From the NCBI GenBank assembly GCA_963734495.1, contig CAVTHK010000001.1:1-64000 (forward strand): a stretch of 64,000 bases of DNA, read 5' to 3'. Position numbers and translations under genes: made by a program. Positions 38,967 to 49,974 of this stretch are shown here, one piece after another. The stretch's first letter is position 1. Each line of letters opens with the position of its first letter. The stretch is from an uncultured Spirochaetota bacterium. GTDB lineage: Bacteria > Spirochaetota > Spirochaetia > SZUA-6 > CAVTHK01. The notes beneath the pieces are model-generated. The model was given only the letters and a program-made list of their open reading frames with translations, made no database searches and was not told the origin of the DNA.

Positions 38967-39224
38967 TGCGCGCATCACCTCCGGTTCGAGCTCGGCGCCC
39001 GCGAGAAAAGTGAGCAGGACGGCGCCCGAGGAAGCGAGGAAACGCAGCCACTCGAGGTCCGCGCCGAGGGCCTGGCCCTTTCCGAGCGCCCCGGCCGCCG
39101 CCGCCGCCGCGACGCCGACGCAGATCTCCACGAGGGCGATCGAGACCCTCAGGTGGTAGGCGATGATCGCGGATGCTACGGCGAGCCCCAGCCAGAGGGC
39201 GGCCACGGTGAATGCCTGCTCCAC
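38967..39224 (-). pseudogene. cation:proton antiporter, N-terminal part
   Basis: VEQAFTVAALWLGLAV...LLTFLAGAELEPEVMR. Confidence 0.85.
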
Positions 39225-39225
39225 A

Positions 39226-39903
39226 TCAGAACACTCCTCTGCGACCTGTCGCGACTTCGATGGCCCGCAGCCACGAGTCGCTCTCTTCCGCGTCCGCTTC
39301 GGCGGCGAAGCGGTAGTCCTGTTTTCTCTGGTACTCCTCGAGCATATGCAGCAGGACGGACAGTTTGGGACGATGGACCTCCATGAGCCGCGCTCGCCGG
39401 CGCTCGTCCGCCTGCCCGGCCGCGACGAGCAGGTGCGGGTAGCAGAGCCCGCCCGACCCCCGCAGCGCTTCGTGCATGTCCGCATCATCCAGCGCGTCCA
39501 GCAGCGTCCGCGTGTTGCGAGCGCGCGTCTGCTCGGCGAAACGGCAGGCAGGGCAGCGGGCGGAGCGGTCCGCAATCGAGGTCCGCCCGCGGCGGGCTTT
39601 CGCGGCTGCCGAGCCGTCTTTCTCCAGCGCGTCGAGGATCCTCCTGATCTGGTCCTGGTAGAGAATCGCCGTGCCCAGCCCGTCGCCGAGGTCGGCAAGC
39701 CGGTGGGCGTGGCGGGCGCAGAAGCCTCCCGACTTTTTCAAGTCGTCGCGGATCGACTGGTCGTTGACCTTCTCGTAGAGAATCCCTTCGAGGTAACGCT
39801 TGACGGCGCCGTCTTCCAGGGCACACAGCGCACAGCCCTTCGAGCCCTGGAGAGCTTCGAGCACCCGAAAGTAGGGCAGATGCTTCTCATGAATCCGCTT
39901 CAA
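39226..39903 (-). CDS. DUF6062-like Cys/His-motif protein
   Basis: CALC...GFCARH...CPAC...LCYPH duplicated motifs; start uncertain. Confidence 0.75.
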   Translation of the reverse strand: MKRIHEKHLPYFRVLEALQGSKGCALCALEDGAVKRYLEGILYEKVNDQSIRDDLKKSGGFCARHAHRLADLGDGLGTAILYQDQIRRILDALEKDGSAAAKARRGRTSIADRSARCPACRFAEQTRARNTRTLLDALDDADMHEALRGSGGLCYPHLLVAAGQADERRRARLMEVHRPKLSVLLHMLEEYQRKQDYRFAAEADAEESDSWLRAIEVATGRRGVF

Positions 39904-40035
39904 GTCGGTGGCCTTCCGGTTCGTGCAGGACACGGGCAGGGGAGGCAGGACGCAAGCGCCGGAGGCCGCTTCCGTACGAGAAAGAGCGCCTGCCTGTGCG
40001 ACGCGCCGGCCAATGGAGCCTCCTACCACTGCGCG

Positions 40036-40090
40036 AGGTAGGAGTCATCAGCCTTGCGGGCGGTTGGACGAGGGGGACTCCATCCCCTGA
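40036..40090 (-). promoter_or_regulatory. fluoride riboswitch (crcB motif)
   Basis: Minus strand GGGGATGGAGTCCCCC-N6-AACCGCCCGCAAGGCTGATGACTCCTAC fits the crcB consensus, including the GGAGTC/GACTCC pseudoknot. Confidence 0.88.
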
Positions 40091-40174
40091 GGGCACAACC
40101 TTACCGCGGCGATTCCGCGATCGTCAAGGCAGAGAGCGCGGCGCCCTCTTGCGCCGGGGGAGCGGAGCGACACA

Positions 40175-42874
40175 ATGAGAACCATGCAGACTCGCTCTGA
40201 ATGCAGGCCTGTCAGGCTGCGGTGCGACTGGCAGGAGAACCCCATCGGCACGGACAACCGCGGCCCGCGCCTGTCGTGGGCGCTCGAGGACGGCCGCATC
40301 GGCGCGCGGCAGACGGCTTACCGCGTGCAGGCGGCACGCGACCCCGCGGGGTTCGACGGCGGCGGCCTGCTCTGGGACAGCGGCCGCGCGCGGAGCGGGC
40401 GCGGCGTCGGCATCCGCTACGAGGGGCCGGCGCTCGCGTCCCGCACCCGCACCTGGTGGCGCGTGCGGGTGTGGGACGCGAGCGGCGCGGAATCAGCGTG
40501 GAGCGAGCCCGCGTTCTGGGAGACGGGGCTGCTCGATGCTTCGGAGTGGAAGGCGCGCTGGATCGGGCGAAAGCAGGCCGCCGAGGGCAGCGTGCCCTGC
40601 CCTCACTTGCGCCGCGTCTTTTCCCTCGGCGCCGCCCCGCGGCGCGCCCGCCTCTACATCACCGCTCGCGGGCTCTTCGAGCCCTGGATCAACGGGAAGC
40701 TCGCCACCGAAGACTGCTTTGTCCCGGGATGGACCGACTACCGCAGGCGTATCGACGTGCTCGCGTACGACGTGACCGCGCTGCTCCGCGAGGGAGACAA
40801 CGCGATCGGCGTGATCCTCGGCGAAGGGTGGTACAGCGGCTACCTGCTGTGGTACGGCACGAAGAACCACTACGGGGACACCCCTGCCCTTCTCGCGCAG
40901 CTCGTGGTCGAGGCCGCGGACGGCCGCACGGAGCTGATCGCGACGGACGAGCGATGGAAAGCGGCCTCCGGCCCGCTGCTCGCCTCGGACATCTACCAGG
41001 GCGAGACCTACGACGCGCGCCTCGAGATGCCGGGCTGGAGCGAGAGCGGATTCGACGATTCGGCGTGGCGTCCCGCCGAAGTGCTGCCGGCCCCGCAGCC
41101 CGCGCCGGCCCTGAGCAGCAGAAGCACTCCCGCGGTGAGGCGCATCCAGGAGCTTGCGCCGCGGTCGGTGAGCGAGCCGGTCCCGGGCGCCCGCGTGTTC
41201 GACTTCGGGCAGAACATGGTCGGCCGGGTCCGCCTGCGCCTCACAGCGCCCCGCGGCACGGAGGTGACGCTGCGGTTCGCCGAGATGCTGAACCCGGACG
41301 GCACGCTCTACACGGCGAACCTGCGCACGGCGCGGGCGACCGATCGATACATCTGCCGCGGCGGCGGCGAAGAGGTCTACGAGCCGCGCTTCACCTTTCA
41401 CGGGTTCCGCTACCTGGAGGTAAAGGGCCTGGCCTCTCCGCCCGCCGAGGCGACGGGAGTCGTGCTGCACTCCGCGATGGAGCCGGCGGGCGAGCTCGCC
41501 ACCTCCGACCCGCTGCTCGACCGGCTCTGGAGCTGCATCGTCTGGGGGCAGAAGGGCAACTTTCTCGAGCTTCCCACCGACTGCCCGCAGCGCGACGAGC
41601 GCCTCGGGTGGACGGGCGACGCGGAAGTCTTTATGCCGACGGCGGCCTTCAATTTCGACGTCTCCTCCTTTTTCGCGAAGTGGCTGCGCGACCTCGAGGA
41701 CGCGCAGAGCGCGGACGGCGCGTTCCCTCACGTCGCCCCCGACGTCCTCACGCCCACGGTCGGCCGCTGGAGGGATGCCCCCGCCGCCGGCGCCGCCGCC
41801 TGGGCGGACGCGGGCGTGATCTGCCCGTGGACGCACTACGTCTACTACGGCGACGCCGCCGTGCTCGAGGCGCGCTACGAGAGCATGAAGCGCTGGATCG
41901 GGTTCCAGGAGCGCACGAGCCGCGGGCTGATCAGGCCGTCCGACGGCTTCGGCGACTGGCTCGACCCGGACGTGACGAAGCCCGGCATCGCGCCCACGCC
42001 CAAGGACCTGATCGGCACGGCGTACTTCGCGCACACCGCCGGGATCATGGCGAAGGTCGCGCGCGTGCTCGGCCGCTCCGAAGATGCGAGCGCGTTCGCG
42101 GAGCTCCGCGGCCGCGTCGTTCGCGCGTTCCGCCGCGAGTACGTGAGCCCGGCGGGACGAGTCGTGGGCGACACGCAGACCGGCTACCTCCTGGCGCTCG
42201 CCTTCGACCTGCTGCCCGCGGCCATGGTCGAGACGGCGTTCGCGCACCTCGTGCGGCTCGTCGAGGCGCGGGGCCGGCACCTCGCCACGGGCTTCGTCGG
42301 CACTCCGCTGCTGCTGCCGGTGCTCACGCGCTTCGGCAGGCATGACCTCGCCTTCGACGTGCTCTTCCAGAAGGACACCCCCGGGTGGCTCTACCCCGTG
42401 ACCAACGGCGCGACGACCATGTGGGAGAGGTGGAACAGCTGGACAAGTGAAGGCGGATTCGGCGACGTCGGCATGAACTCCTTTAACCACTACGCGTACG
42501 GGGCGGTGGGGGTCTGGATGGCGGCCGCGATCGGAGGGATCGCGGTCGACGAGCGGCACCCGGGCTTCGGGCGTTTCGTCGTCGAGCCGCTGCCCGATAA
42601 ACGCATCACGAGCGCGCGCTGCAGCCATCGCTCGCCCCTCGGCGAGATCCGCACGCGGTGGGAGCGCGCGGGCGGCGAGCTTTCGCTGGAGCTGACCGTG
42701 CCGCCGGGAAGCGGCGCGGAGGTGCGCCTCGCCGCGAGCGACCCTGCCGCGGTCCGCGTCGGCGGCCGGCCCCTCGCCGAAGCCGAAGGGGTCGCCGCGC
42801 GCCGCGCCGAGCCGGGGCTGGCGGCGTTCGCCGTGGCAGCCGGCAGCTTCCGCATCACCTGCCCCGAGCGGTGA
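40175..42874 (+). CDS. alpha-L-rhamnosidase (GH78)
   Basis: DFGQNMVG, PRFTFHGFRY, PTDCPQRDERLGWTGD, ATTMWERW, MNSFNHY. Confidence 0.93.
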   Translation: MRTMQTRSECRPVRLRCDWQENPIGTDNRGPRLSWALEDGRIGARQTAYRVQAARDPAGFDGGGLLWDSGRARSGRGVGIRYEGPALASRTRTWWRVRVWDASGAESAWSEPAFWETGLLDASEWKARWIGRKQAAEGSVPCPHLRRVFSLGAAPRRARLYITARGLFEPWINGKLATEDCFVPGWTDYRRRIDVLAYDVTALLREGDNAIGVILGEGWYSGYLLWYGTKNHYGDTPALLAQLVVEAADGRTELIATDERWKAASGPLLASDIYQGETYDARLEMPGWSESGFDDSAWRPAEVLPAPQPAPALSSRSTPAVRRIQELAPRSVSEPVPGARVFDFGQNMVGRVRLRLTAPRGTEVTLRFAEMLNPDGTLYTANLRTARATDRYICRGGGEEVYEPRFTFHGFRYLEVKGLASPPAEATGVVLHSAMEPAGELATSDPLLDRLWSCIVWGQKGNFLELPTDCPQRDERLGWTGDAEVFMPTAAFNFDVSSFFAKWLRDLEDAQSADGAFPHVAPDVLTPTVGRWRDAPAAGAAAWADAGVICPWTHYVYYGDAAVLEARYESMKRWIGFQERTSRGLIRPSDGFGDWLDPDVTKPGIAPTPKDLIGTAYFAHTAGIMAKVARVLGRSEDASAFAELRGRVVRAFRREYVSPAGRVVGDTQTGYLLALAFDLLPAAMVETAFAHLVRLVEARGRHLATGFVGTPLLLPVLTRFGRHDLAFDVLFQKDTPGWLYPVTNGATTMWERWNSWTSEGGFGDVGMNSFNHYAYGAVGVWMAAAIGGIAVDERHPGFGRFVVEPLPDKRITSARCSHRSPLGEIRTRWERAGGELSLELTVPPGSGAEVRLAASDPAAVRVGGRPLAEAEGVAARRAEPGLAAFAVAAGSFRITCPER

Positions 42875-42957
42875 GCTCGGGCGACAAAAATGCCCGCAGC
42901 GGACGGGCGGGGTCGGTGTCCGACCGCATGCGGGCGGGGCTCAGCCGGGCCCGTGAC

Positions 42958-44251
42958 TCAGGAGCTGAACGACACCTCGTTCGAGTACGTGCTCTCGGTC
43001 CCTCCGGAGTTGTACGAGGTGGCGACAAAGTAGTAGGTGACGCCCGGCTGGAGCCCCGTCACCGTGACGCTCGTCGAGGGTCCGGCGTCGACGACCTGGT
43101 CGTAGACGCCGGCGGTCGTGCCGTAGTGCACCTTGTAGCCGGCCACGCCGGTGGTGTCCGCGGGCGCGATCCCAGGCCAGCGCGACCAGGCTCGCCGCGG
43201 GCGCAGGGGTCACCGTGAGCGAGGTCGTGGCGCTCCCCGCCCGCAGCCCGTCGGCGGTAAACGCCGCCACGTCGATGCGGTAGGTGCCGGGGGTCAGGGT
43301 CGCCGGCACGGCATACGAGGCCCCCGTGCTGCTGAAGCCGCCGTTCAGGTACCACGAGTAGACGACTCCGGTGACGCCCGCGACGGAGGCCTGGAGCGTG
43401 AACCCCGTGCCTTGCACGACCGACGCCCTCTGGCCGGACAGGGTGACCGTGAGAGGATTCGCCATGCTGGGCGTTATGCTCACCTGCATGTTCCCCGGCG
43501 CCGGGTTGACCTGGCTGAAGGCGAACGTGCCCGCGGTCGTCTGGTCCTTCAGGATGCGGACGATCTCGATCGCGCCCGCGACGGGCACGGTGCCGTCCAG
43601 CACCTGGAGCGACAGCGTGTGGTAGCCGACGGGGATGCTGGTCGTGGCCGAGCCGGCCGTCCCGGAACCCAGAGTGAAGGTCAGCGCCCGCGTGGCGCCC
43701 GCCGCAGGCACGAGCTGGGCGGTGACCGAAGCGCTGGTCACCAGGGCCGCCGGCCAGTTCACCGTGAGCTGCAGCGTTCCGTACCCGCTGAGCGGCTTGA
43801 CGGTGATCGAGACGTTGCTCTGGTTTCCCGCCGTGAGCGTCACCGTCGTCGTTCCATCGCCGATGACTGTGGCCGCGGCGTTGAGGGCCTCGACGGTCAC
43901 GCTCCAGGCGCCGGCGGCGAGGTCCTTGATCTGGACGGGCGCGGTGGCGGTCGTCTGAACGAAATTGGCCCCGCTCGGGCCGCGGCCCGTGATCGTGTAG
44001 GAGGCTGCGGTCATGTCGAGCGCCGGGACGAGCGTGTACGCGAGCTGGTTGTCAAAGGCGACCACCAGTACCGCGGGGCCCGTGCCGCTCGGGTCGTTGC
44101 TTTCTATGCCCAGCTGGTTTGCCGCCCACACCAGGGCAGGGGGAAGGCATCCGTTGAGCGTGAGCGAAACAAGCATCAGGAGAACCGCGCACAGAATGCG
44201 CAGCCTATTGCCCGGCCGGATCGGCAGGCGGGTGTTTGTCGTTTGGGTCAT
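42958..44251 (-). CDS. beta-rich lipoprotein with C-terminal fibronectin III domain (frameshift near 43165)
   Basis: LTLNGC lipobox; LAWD...AGYKVHYG...VTGLQPGVTYYFVATSYN. Confidence 0.75.
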
Positions 44252-44589
44252 AACGGCTCCTCCGTCTCGCAGGAATCACCGCTCGACGCAGGCACCGTTT
44301 TAGGAAGCCGTATCGAGTCGGCAGCCGTGCAACCATTTCGGGTCCTGGACCCGAGGCAGGCCACGTGCTTTGCGCCCCCTCCTTTCGGAAGGTTCGCCTT
44401 TTTCGACGTTGACTTCTAAAGCAAGCGACGTGCCAAACCGATGTTGTCCCTAACCTGCTCTTGGATCGTGAGTTACGGGATCACGGTCGGGAACTGTGCG
44501 ACGGAGGGGTTACAGATACGTTACCGGGGCGCGATCCCGGCGTTACGGCAGCGTGACCCCAGGGGTGGCCCCGGGTCGGGCCGCAGCCG

Positions 44590-47172
44590 TCACTGCTCGT
44601 GGTGCTCCGCATGGTCGTGCAGCGGCGCGTGGCGGTGGAAGGCCCCGGCCCGGTGCATCCGCTGGTGCAGCCGGTTGTAGGCCGACTCGAGCTCCGCGCG
44701 CAACCGCTTGTACGCTTGAGCCTCCGGCCGCGGCGCCAGGGTGTCCACGTAGGCGATCGCGCCCTGTATCTGGTCGAGCACGAGGTCCGCGTCCTTCTGC
44801 GAGAACAGCGGCGCGCCGCCAGACAACCACCTGCACGGCGCTGGTGTGGGCCGCGATCTCGCCGGAGCGGCCGCGGCAGCTGCCCCGCACGCGCAGCGCC
44901 ACCCACGTGGAGGCGCTCACGCGGAGGCTCGCGGTCCCCGAAGCGGCGAGCGCTCCGCCGGCGTTCGTCTGCTCGGCGGTGAGGCCGCCCGCGACGACCT
45001 CGACCTGCTCGATCGGGACGCTCACCGACTCGACGCTCCAGCTGACCGCTACGGTCCCTCCGCCGGCGGGCAGGTGGAGCCGGCCGCCGGGACGCACGCC
45101 TTGGACGGCGACCGAGGCGAGGGGACCGACGGTGACGAACGTGTCGCCGCCGCGGACCGCCTTGATCCAGCCTTCGTAGGTAAAGTCGTGCTCGCCGAGG
45201 AACGCGTACGTGCGGATGCCGCCTAACAGCGACGAGGCCTGCATCTTGTCCGAGCCGCCCACCACCGGGACGTGGTAGCCGAGGTTGAGATAGCGGTACC
45301 AGTCCGCGATCCCGTACGGGTTGATCTGGAGGTAGGCGGGGTTGAGCGGGTTAAAGGTGCTCATCTCGACCGCGCTGATGAGGTCGAGCACGATGTCGGC
45401 GGCCCGCTCGGCCTGCGGGTTGGGCGAGTGCGGGAGCACCGTGAGGCCGCCCTGCTCGAGGCAGCGGCGCGCCCACTCGCTCATCGTGTTCTCCAGCGGG
45501 TCGCCGATCGCGGACTCGGTGGGCCCTCCGGTGGTGAGCGGCTGGATCATGCGGCCGGAGTAGCCGAGCAGCGAGATGTGGCCGAGCACCTGCATGCGGT
45601 TCTCGGTGCCCACGCGCACCAGGAACTCGCCGCTGCCGCCCATCTCGCGCGAGCCGAGGGTCGTGGCGCCGTCGAAGTCGCCGACGTTGGTAAAGAGCTC
45701 GCCCCACTGGCTCGCGAGCAGGTTCACCACGTTGACGCCTTCGGCGCCGCCCTCGAGCAGCGCGGTGTGCGGGCTGAGGAAGTGCACGTGCGTGTCCGCG
45801 CTCACCCAGCCCTTCTCGCGCCAGTGCAGGACCTTCTCGAGGGAGAGGGTCACCCAGTCGGTGGCGGGCGTCACCTCGAAGCGGGTCCGCAGCGGCGTGA
45901 CCTCGTAGCCACGGCTGGCTTCGGCGTACACGGGGCCGAGCGGGAGGTCCACGACGCACTCGCCCGGAACGTAGCAGTACTGGTTCGCGCCGTTCACGAA
46001 CTCGGCGTAGTTGTCCTCGAACCAGTACGGGTTGACCCTGCGGTGGTGGCCGCGGGGCGGGAGGTATTCGCCGGACCTGCCATGAAGGTGAAGGCGGACC
46101 GGCACCGGCTGCCCCGTCGCCTTGTCGACGATGCGCAGCGTCACAGGCTTGTGCGCGGGGGCGATCACCTGCACGCCCGGCTGCGCGTCGCGGACTCCAG
46201 GGCGGCGATCTCGTACGAGACGAGGCTCGACGGGCCGGTGCGCACGTACAGGAGCGCCGCGGGGTGCGCGGCGTACTCGACGATCACGTCGCGCTCGCTC
46301 CGCGCGGGCTGCACCTGCGGCGCGCCGGGCTTCCACGCGGCCTCGTCGTAGTCGAGCGCCGCGCGGGCCGAGATCACCGTGCCGAGGTCGATGCCGATCT
46401 CCTCGAGCTCGCCGAGGGCGTTGAGCGACGCCCCGGCAGGCAGGGTGAGGCGCAGCTTGCGCCGCACGCCGGGCCGCAGCGGGTGCTCGGCGAGCTGCGT
46501 GAGGGACACCGCGTACACGACGGAGCGCTCGGCGCCAGGCGCGAGCTGCACGCTGCGGATGGGGCGGTCCGCGTGCCGCAGCGGCAGCGCGTACACCCAG
46601 AGCTTCTCGGGCGTGCGATCGCGGCCGGAGCGGTGACGCGTCTCGCCGCGGCCCCAGGCCTCGCCCCCGAGGCGGCCCAGCTCGTGCTCCTCGGTGGCGC
46701 TCGGGAAGACGAGCGGCGAGGCAGCCGGCATCGCGGCGAACGCGCTCGCGCCCCAGCCGGTGCGGCTCTGCTGGATGCCGAAGCGCCTGTAGACCGGGGT
46801 CGCGTCGCGCGAGCCGTCGGCGTACTCCACGGTGTAGTCCGAGACGCGGCCGCCGAGGTCGTTGCCGTGGACGCCGGAGTCGGCGAGCCCCTCCTGGTAG
46901 GCGTCGGGCCGGTCCTCCACCGCGTGCAGGAAGATGATGTACGAAGCGGTCGCACCGCCGAGATCGATGGTCACCGGCGCTTTGTCGAGCAGGATCACGT
47001 CGGGGCTGCCCGGCTCGCCGAGCCGGAACGGGATGCCGAGGAACGCCTGGCTGCCGTGGCCCGGGTCCATGTTCGCCGGCGTTCGCAGCGCCTCCGGCAG
47101 ATCCGTGCGGCGGGCGTTGAACGCGTCGTCGAGACGGACAGGGGTAAAGTGGGGCGAAGGCGGGATCGTCAT
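44590..47172 (-). CDS. CehA/McbA-like PHP-fold metallohydrolase (frameshifts near 46165 and 44820)
   Basis: GWVSADTHVH, GHISLLG, WYRYLNLG, GGSD, GDTFVTVGP. Confidence 0.78.
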
Positions 47173-47301
47173 GCGGCCTCCATCGCGGGCGTGGGACATC
47201 ATAGCGCTCCGCGGCCGCCGGCGCGAGCACGTGCGGGTGCCATGCGGCCACATGCGCGCCCGCGCTGGTGCCCGGGCCGCGGCGCCGGTATACTCACCGT
47301 C

Positions 47302-48129
47302 GTGCGGCGCAGGGGCGTGGCGGCTGCCTTCCTTCTATTTATAGTCTCTGTCGCTCCCTGTGCCTTCGCGGACACCGACACCGAAGACCAGGGCGACCGC
47401 AAGATCCGCGACACCGTCGACCGCGCGAAGGAGGCGGAGGACCGGGCGAAGGACAAGAAGCGGCCTCCGGCCGACGCGGACGACCCGGACGAACGGGACG
47501 ACGACGAGCCGGGGCTCCTCGGGATCATCGCCCGCGCCTTCTTCGAGGCGCTCTTTCAGGTCACGTTCGAGAACGCCGCGACGCTGCGCTTTGCCGCGTA
47601 CCCCTACTCGATCGGAAGCCGGTACATCCACAACACGTCCACCTGGCTCCTGCCGGAAGAGCGCAAGTGGGTGTCGCTCGAGATCGCCTCCAGCGCGGCG
47701 ACCCACCTGGACGGCACCTGGGGCGTCAGCAGCCGCGCCGTGGCGCAGCTCGCCGGGCTGCACGTCAACGCGTACGACCTCGAGATCTTCTCAGCCTCCG
47801 AGGCGTTCACCGTGCTCTCGGCGAACGCGGGCATCACGTTCTTCGTTCCCGACTTCATGCTCAGCGCGTTCGCGGGCGCCTACGCGCTCGACGCCCTGGA
47901 CTCCGCGCATCTCTCCTTCGGCTTCCTCTGCCAGCTCTTCCTGCCTCCGCGCGTGCACGTCGATCTCTTCGACCTGAACGCGGTGGTCGGGGACCAGATC
48001 TTCAGCCACTGGGAAGCGACCGTCGAGCTCTCGCTCTGGCGCTTCGCGCTGGGCGCGGGCTGGCACCACAACGTGATCGCGGGCACGCTGTATTCGGGCC
48101 CCTGCCTGCGGGCGAGCTTCTGGCTGTAG
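47302..48129 (+). CDS. secreted or outer-membrane hypothetical protein
   Basis: Signal peptide; amphipathic beta-strand C-terminus ending FWL. Confidence 0.6.
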   Translation: MRRRGVAAAFLLFIVSVAPCAFADTDTEDQGDRKIRDTVDRAKEAEDRAKDKKRPPADADDPDERDDDEPGLLGIIARAFFEALFQVTFENAATLRFAAYPYSIGSRYIHNTSTWLLPEERKWVSLEIASSAATHLDGTWGVSSRAVAQLAGLHVNAYDLEIFSASEAFTVLSANAGITFFVPDFMLSAFAGAYALDALDSAHLSFGFLCQLFLPPRVHVDLFDLNAVVGDQIFSHWEATVELSLWRFALGAGWHHNVIAGTLYSGPCLRASFWL

Positions 48130-48276
48130 GCCGCGGCGGGCGGCACGATGCGGGTGGCGGCGGACGGCGACCGTGGCAGACCGTGGCCTTTACGAGCGGC
48201 CCTCCAGCCTTTAGACTCCCGAGTTGGACAAAGGGTTTTCGCCGCAACGGACGCGGCGGAGGGCAAGGAGGTCTGT

Positions 48277-49911
48277 ATGCTGATGAGAGTTGTTTTTGCG
48301 CTGCTGGCGCTCGCGCTTGCGCAGGCGCCGCTGATGGCGGGGCCCCAGGCGGAGAAGCCGGGGCCGGCTGCCGCGGCCGCAACCGCCGCGGGGGCGCCGG
48401 AGCCGCTCACGCTGCCGATCGTCAAGGAGCCGCTCACGCTCACGTTCTTCAGGTCGCTCGACGGCAAGGTGGCGGCGACCATGAAGAGCCAGGAGGAGCA
48501 GGCCGCCTATCGCGAGATGGAGAAGCGGACCGGCATCAAGGTCAAGTTCATCCATCCCCCGATCGGGCAGGACAGGGAGCAGTTCAACCTGATCCTGGCG
48601 TCGGGCGACCTGCCGGACATGATCTTCTGGAGCTGGATGAGTCTTCCCGCCGGACCCGCGGGCGCGCTCGCGGACAAAGTGATCATCCCGTTGAACGACC
48701 CGATCGCCAGGTACGCGCCGAACCTGTCGAAGATCTACGCCGACTACCCGGAGGCCAACCGCCAGGTCATGCTCGACGACGGGACGAAGTTCAATTTCCC
48801 GATGCTGCAGCTCGACGACTACATCAAGGCGGGCGGTCCGATCATGCGCAAGGACTGGCTCGACAAGCTGGGCCTGCCGCTGCCCAGGACGGTCGACGAC
48901 TGGTACGCCATGCTCAAGGCCTTCAAGACCAGGGACCCCAACGGCAACGGCAAGCCGGATGAGCTGCCGCTCGTCGCGATGAAAGGCAACCCGCTCGAAG
49001 GAATCACGAGCTTCACGGCCCCCTGGGGCGTGATCCAGGGCTTCTACCAGGAGAAGGGCGTGGTCAAGTTCGGGCCCGTGGAAAAGGGCTACGCCGACTA
49101 CCTCGGGACGATGGCCAGGTGGTACGCCGAAGGCCTGATCGACCCGGACTTCCCCGCCACCGACCAGAAGGGCTTTGACGCCAAGGTCACGGGAAGCCGC
49201 GGCGGCGCCTACATCGGCCGCGTCAACAACACCCTCGGCCGCTACCTCACTCTGGTGCGGCCCAAGGACCCGAAGTTCAACCTGACCGGGTCCGGGTGGC
49301 CGATCGGACCCGCGGGCAAGCCCTACAACATCCGATCGAACATGGTCGCCATCGCCGACGGAACGGGAGCCGCCGTCAGCACCAAGAACAAGCACGTCAG
49401 GGAGACCGCCAAGTGGCTCGACTATCACTACAGCCCCGACGGCCACCTGCTGATGAACTTCGGCATCGAGGGCGAGAGCTACGTCATGGACAAGGGCTAC
49501 CCCCGCTACACCGACCTGATCCAGAAGAACCCGCAAGGGCTGGCCAACCTCGACGCGCTCGCGCGCTACGCGCCGTCGGCGTTCAGCGGGCCCATGGTGC
49601 AGGACCGCCGCTATTTCGAGCAGACCCTGACCTGGCCCGAGCAGAGGGCCACGATCGACCTCTGGGCCTCCGGGAGCGACGTGTCGCTGCTGCTGCCGCC
49701 GATCACGCCGACGATCGAGGAGAGCAAGAAGACCACCTCCGTGATGAACGACGTGAACACCTACGTCTCCGAGATGTCGGTCAAGTTCATCATGGGCACG
49801 GAGCCCCTGTCCAAGGTGCCTGACTTCGTGGCGAACCTGAAGAAGATGGGCATCGACGACATCATCAAGCTCCAGCAGGCGGCCCTCGACCGCTACAACA
49901 AGCGGAAGTAG
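48277..49911 (+). CDS. sugar ABC transporter substrate-binding protein
   Basis: LILASGDLPD, RKDWLDKLGL, DPNGNGKPDE, NFGIEGESY. Confidence 0.9.
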   Translation: MLMRVVFALLALALAQAPLMAGPQAEKPGPAAAAATAAGAPEPLTLPIVKEPLTLTFFRSLDGKVAATMKSQEEQAAYREMEKRTGIKVKFIHPPIGQDREQFNLILASGDLPDMIFWSWMSLPAGPAGALADKVIIPLNDPIARYAPNLSKIYADYPEANRQVMLDDGTKFNFPMLQLDDYIKAGGPIMRKDWLDKLGLPLPRTVDDWYAMLKAFKTRDPNGNGKPDELPLVAMKGNPLEGITSFTAPWGVIQGFYQEKGVVKFGPVEKGYADYLGTMARWYAEGLIDPDFPATDQKGFDAKVTGSRGGAYIGRVNNTLGRYLTLVRPKDPKFNLTGSGWPIGPAGKPYNIRSNMVAIADGTGAAVSTKNKHVRETAKWLDYHYSPDGHLLMNFGIEGESYVMDKGYPRYTDLIQKNPQGLANLDALARYAPSAFSGPMVQDRRYFEQTLTWPEQRATIDLWASGSDVSLLLPPITPTIEESKKTTSVMNDVNTYVSEMSVKFIMGTEPLSKVPDFVANLKKMGIDDIIKLQQAALDRYNKRK

Positions 49912-49974
49912 CAGACCTGGTGAGGTGCGCTCCCCCGGGCCTCCGCTCGGGGAGCCCGGGGGAGCCTGTTTCCC

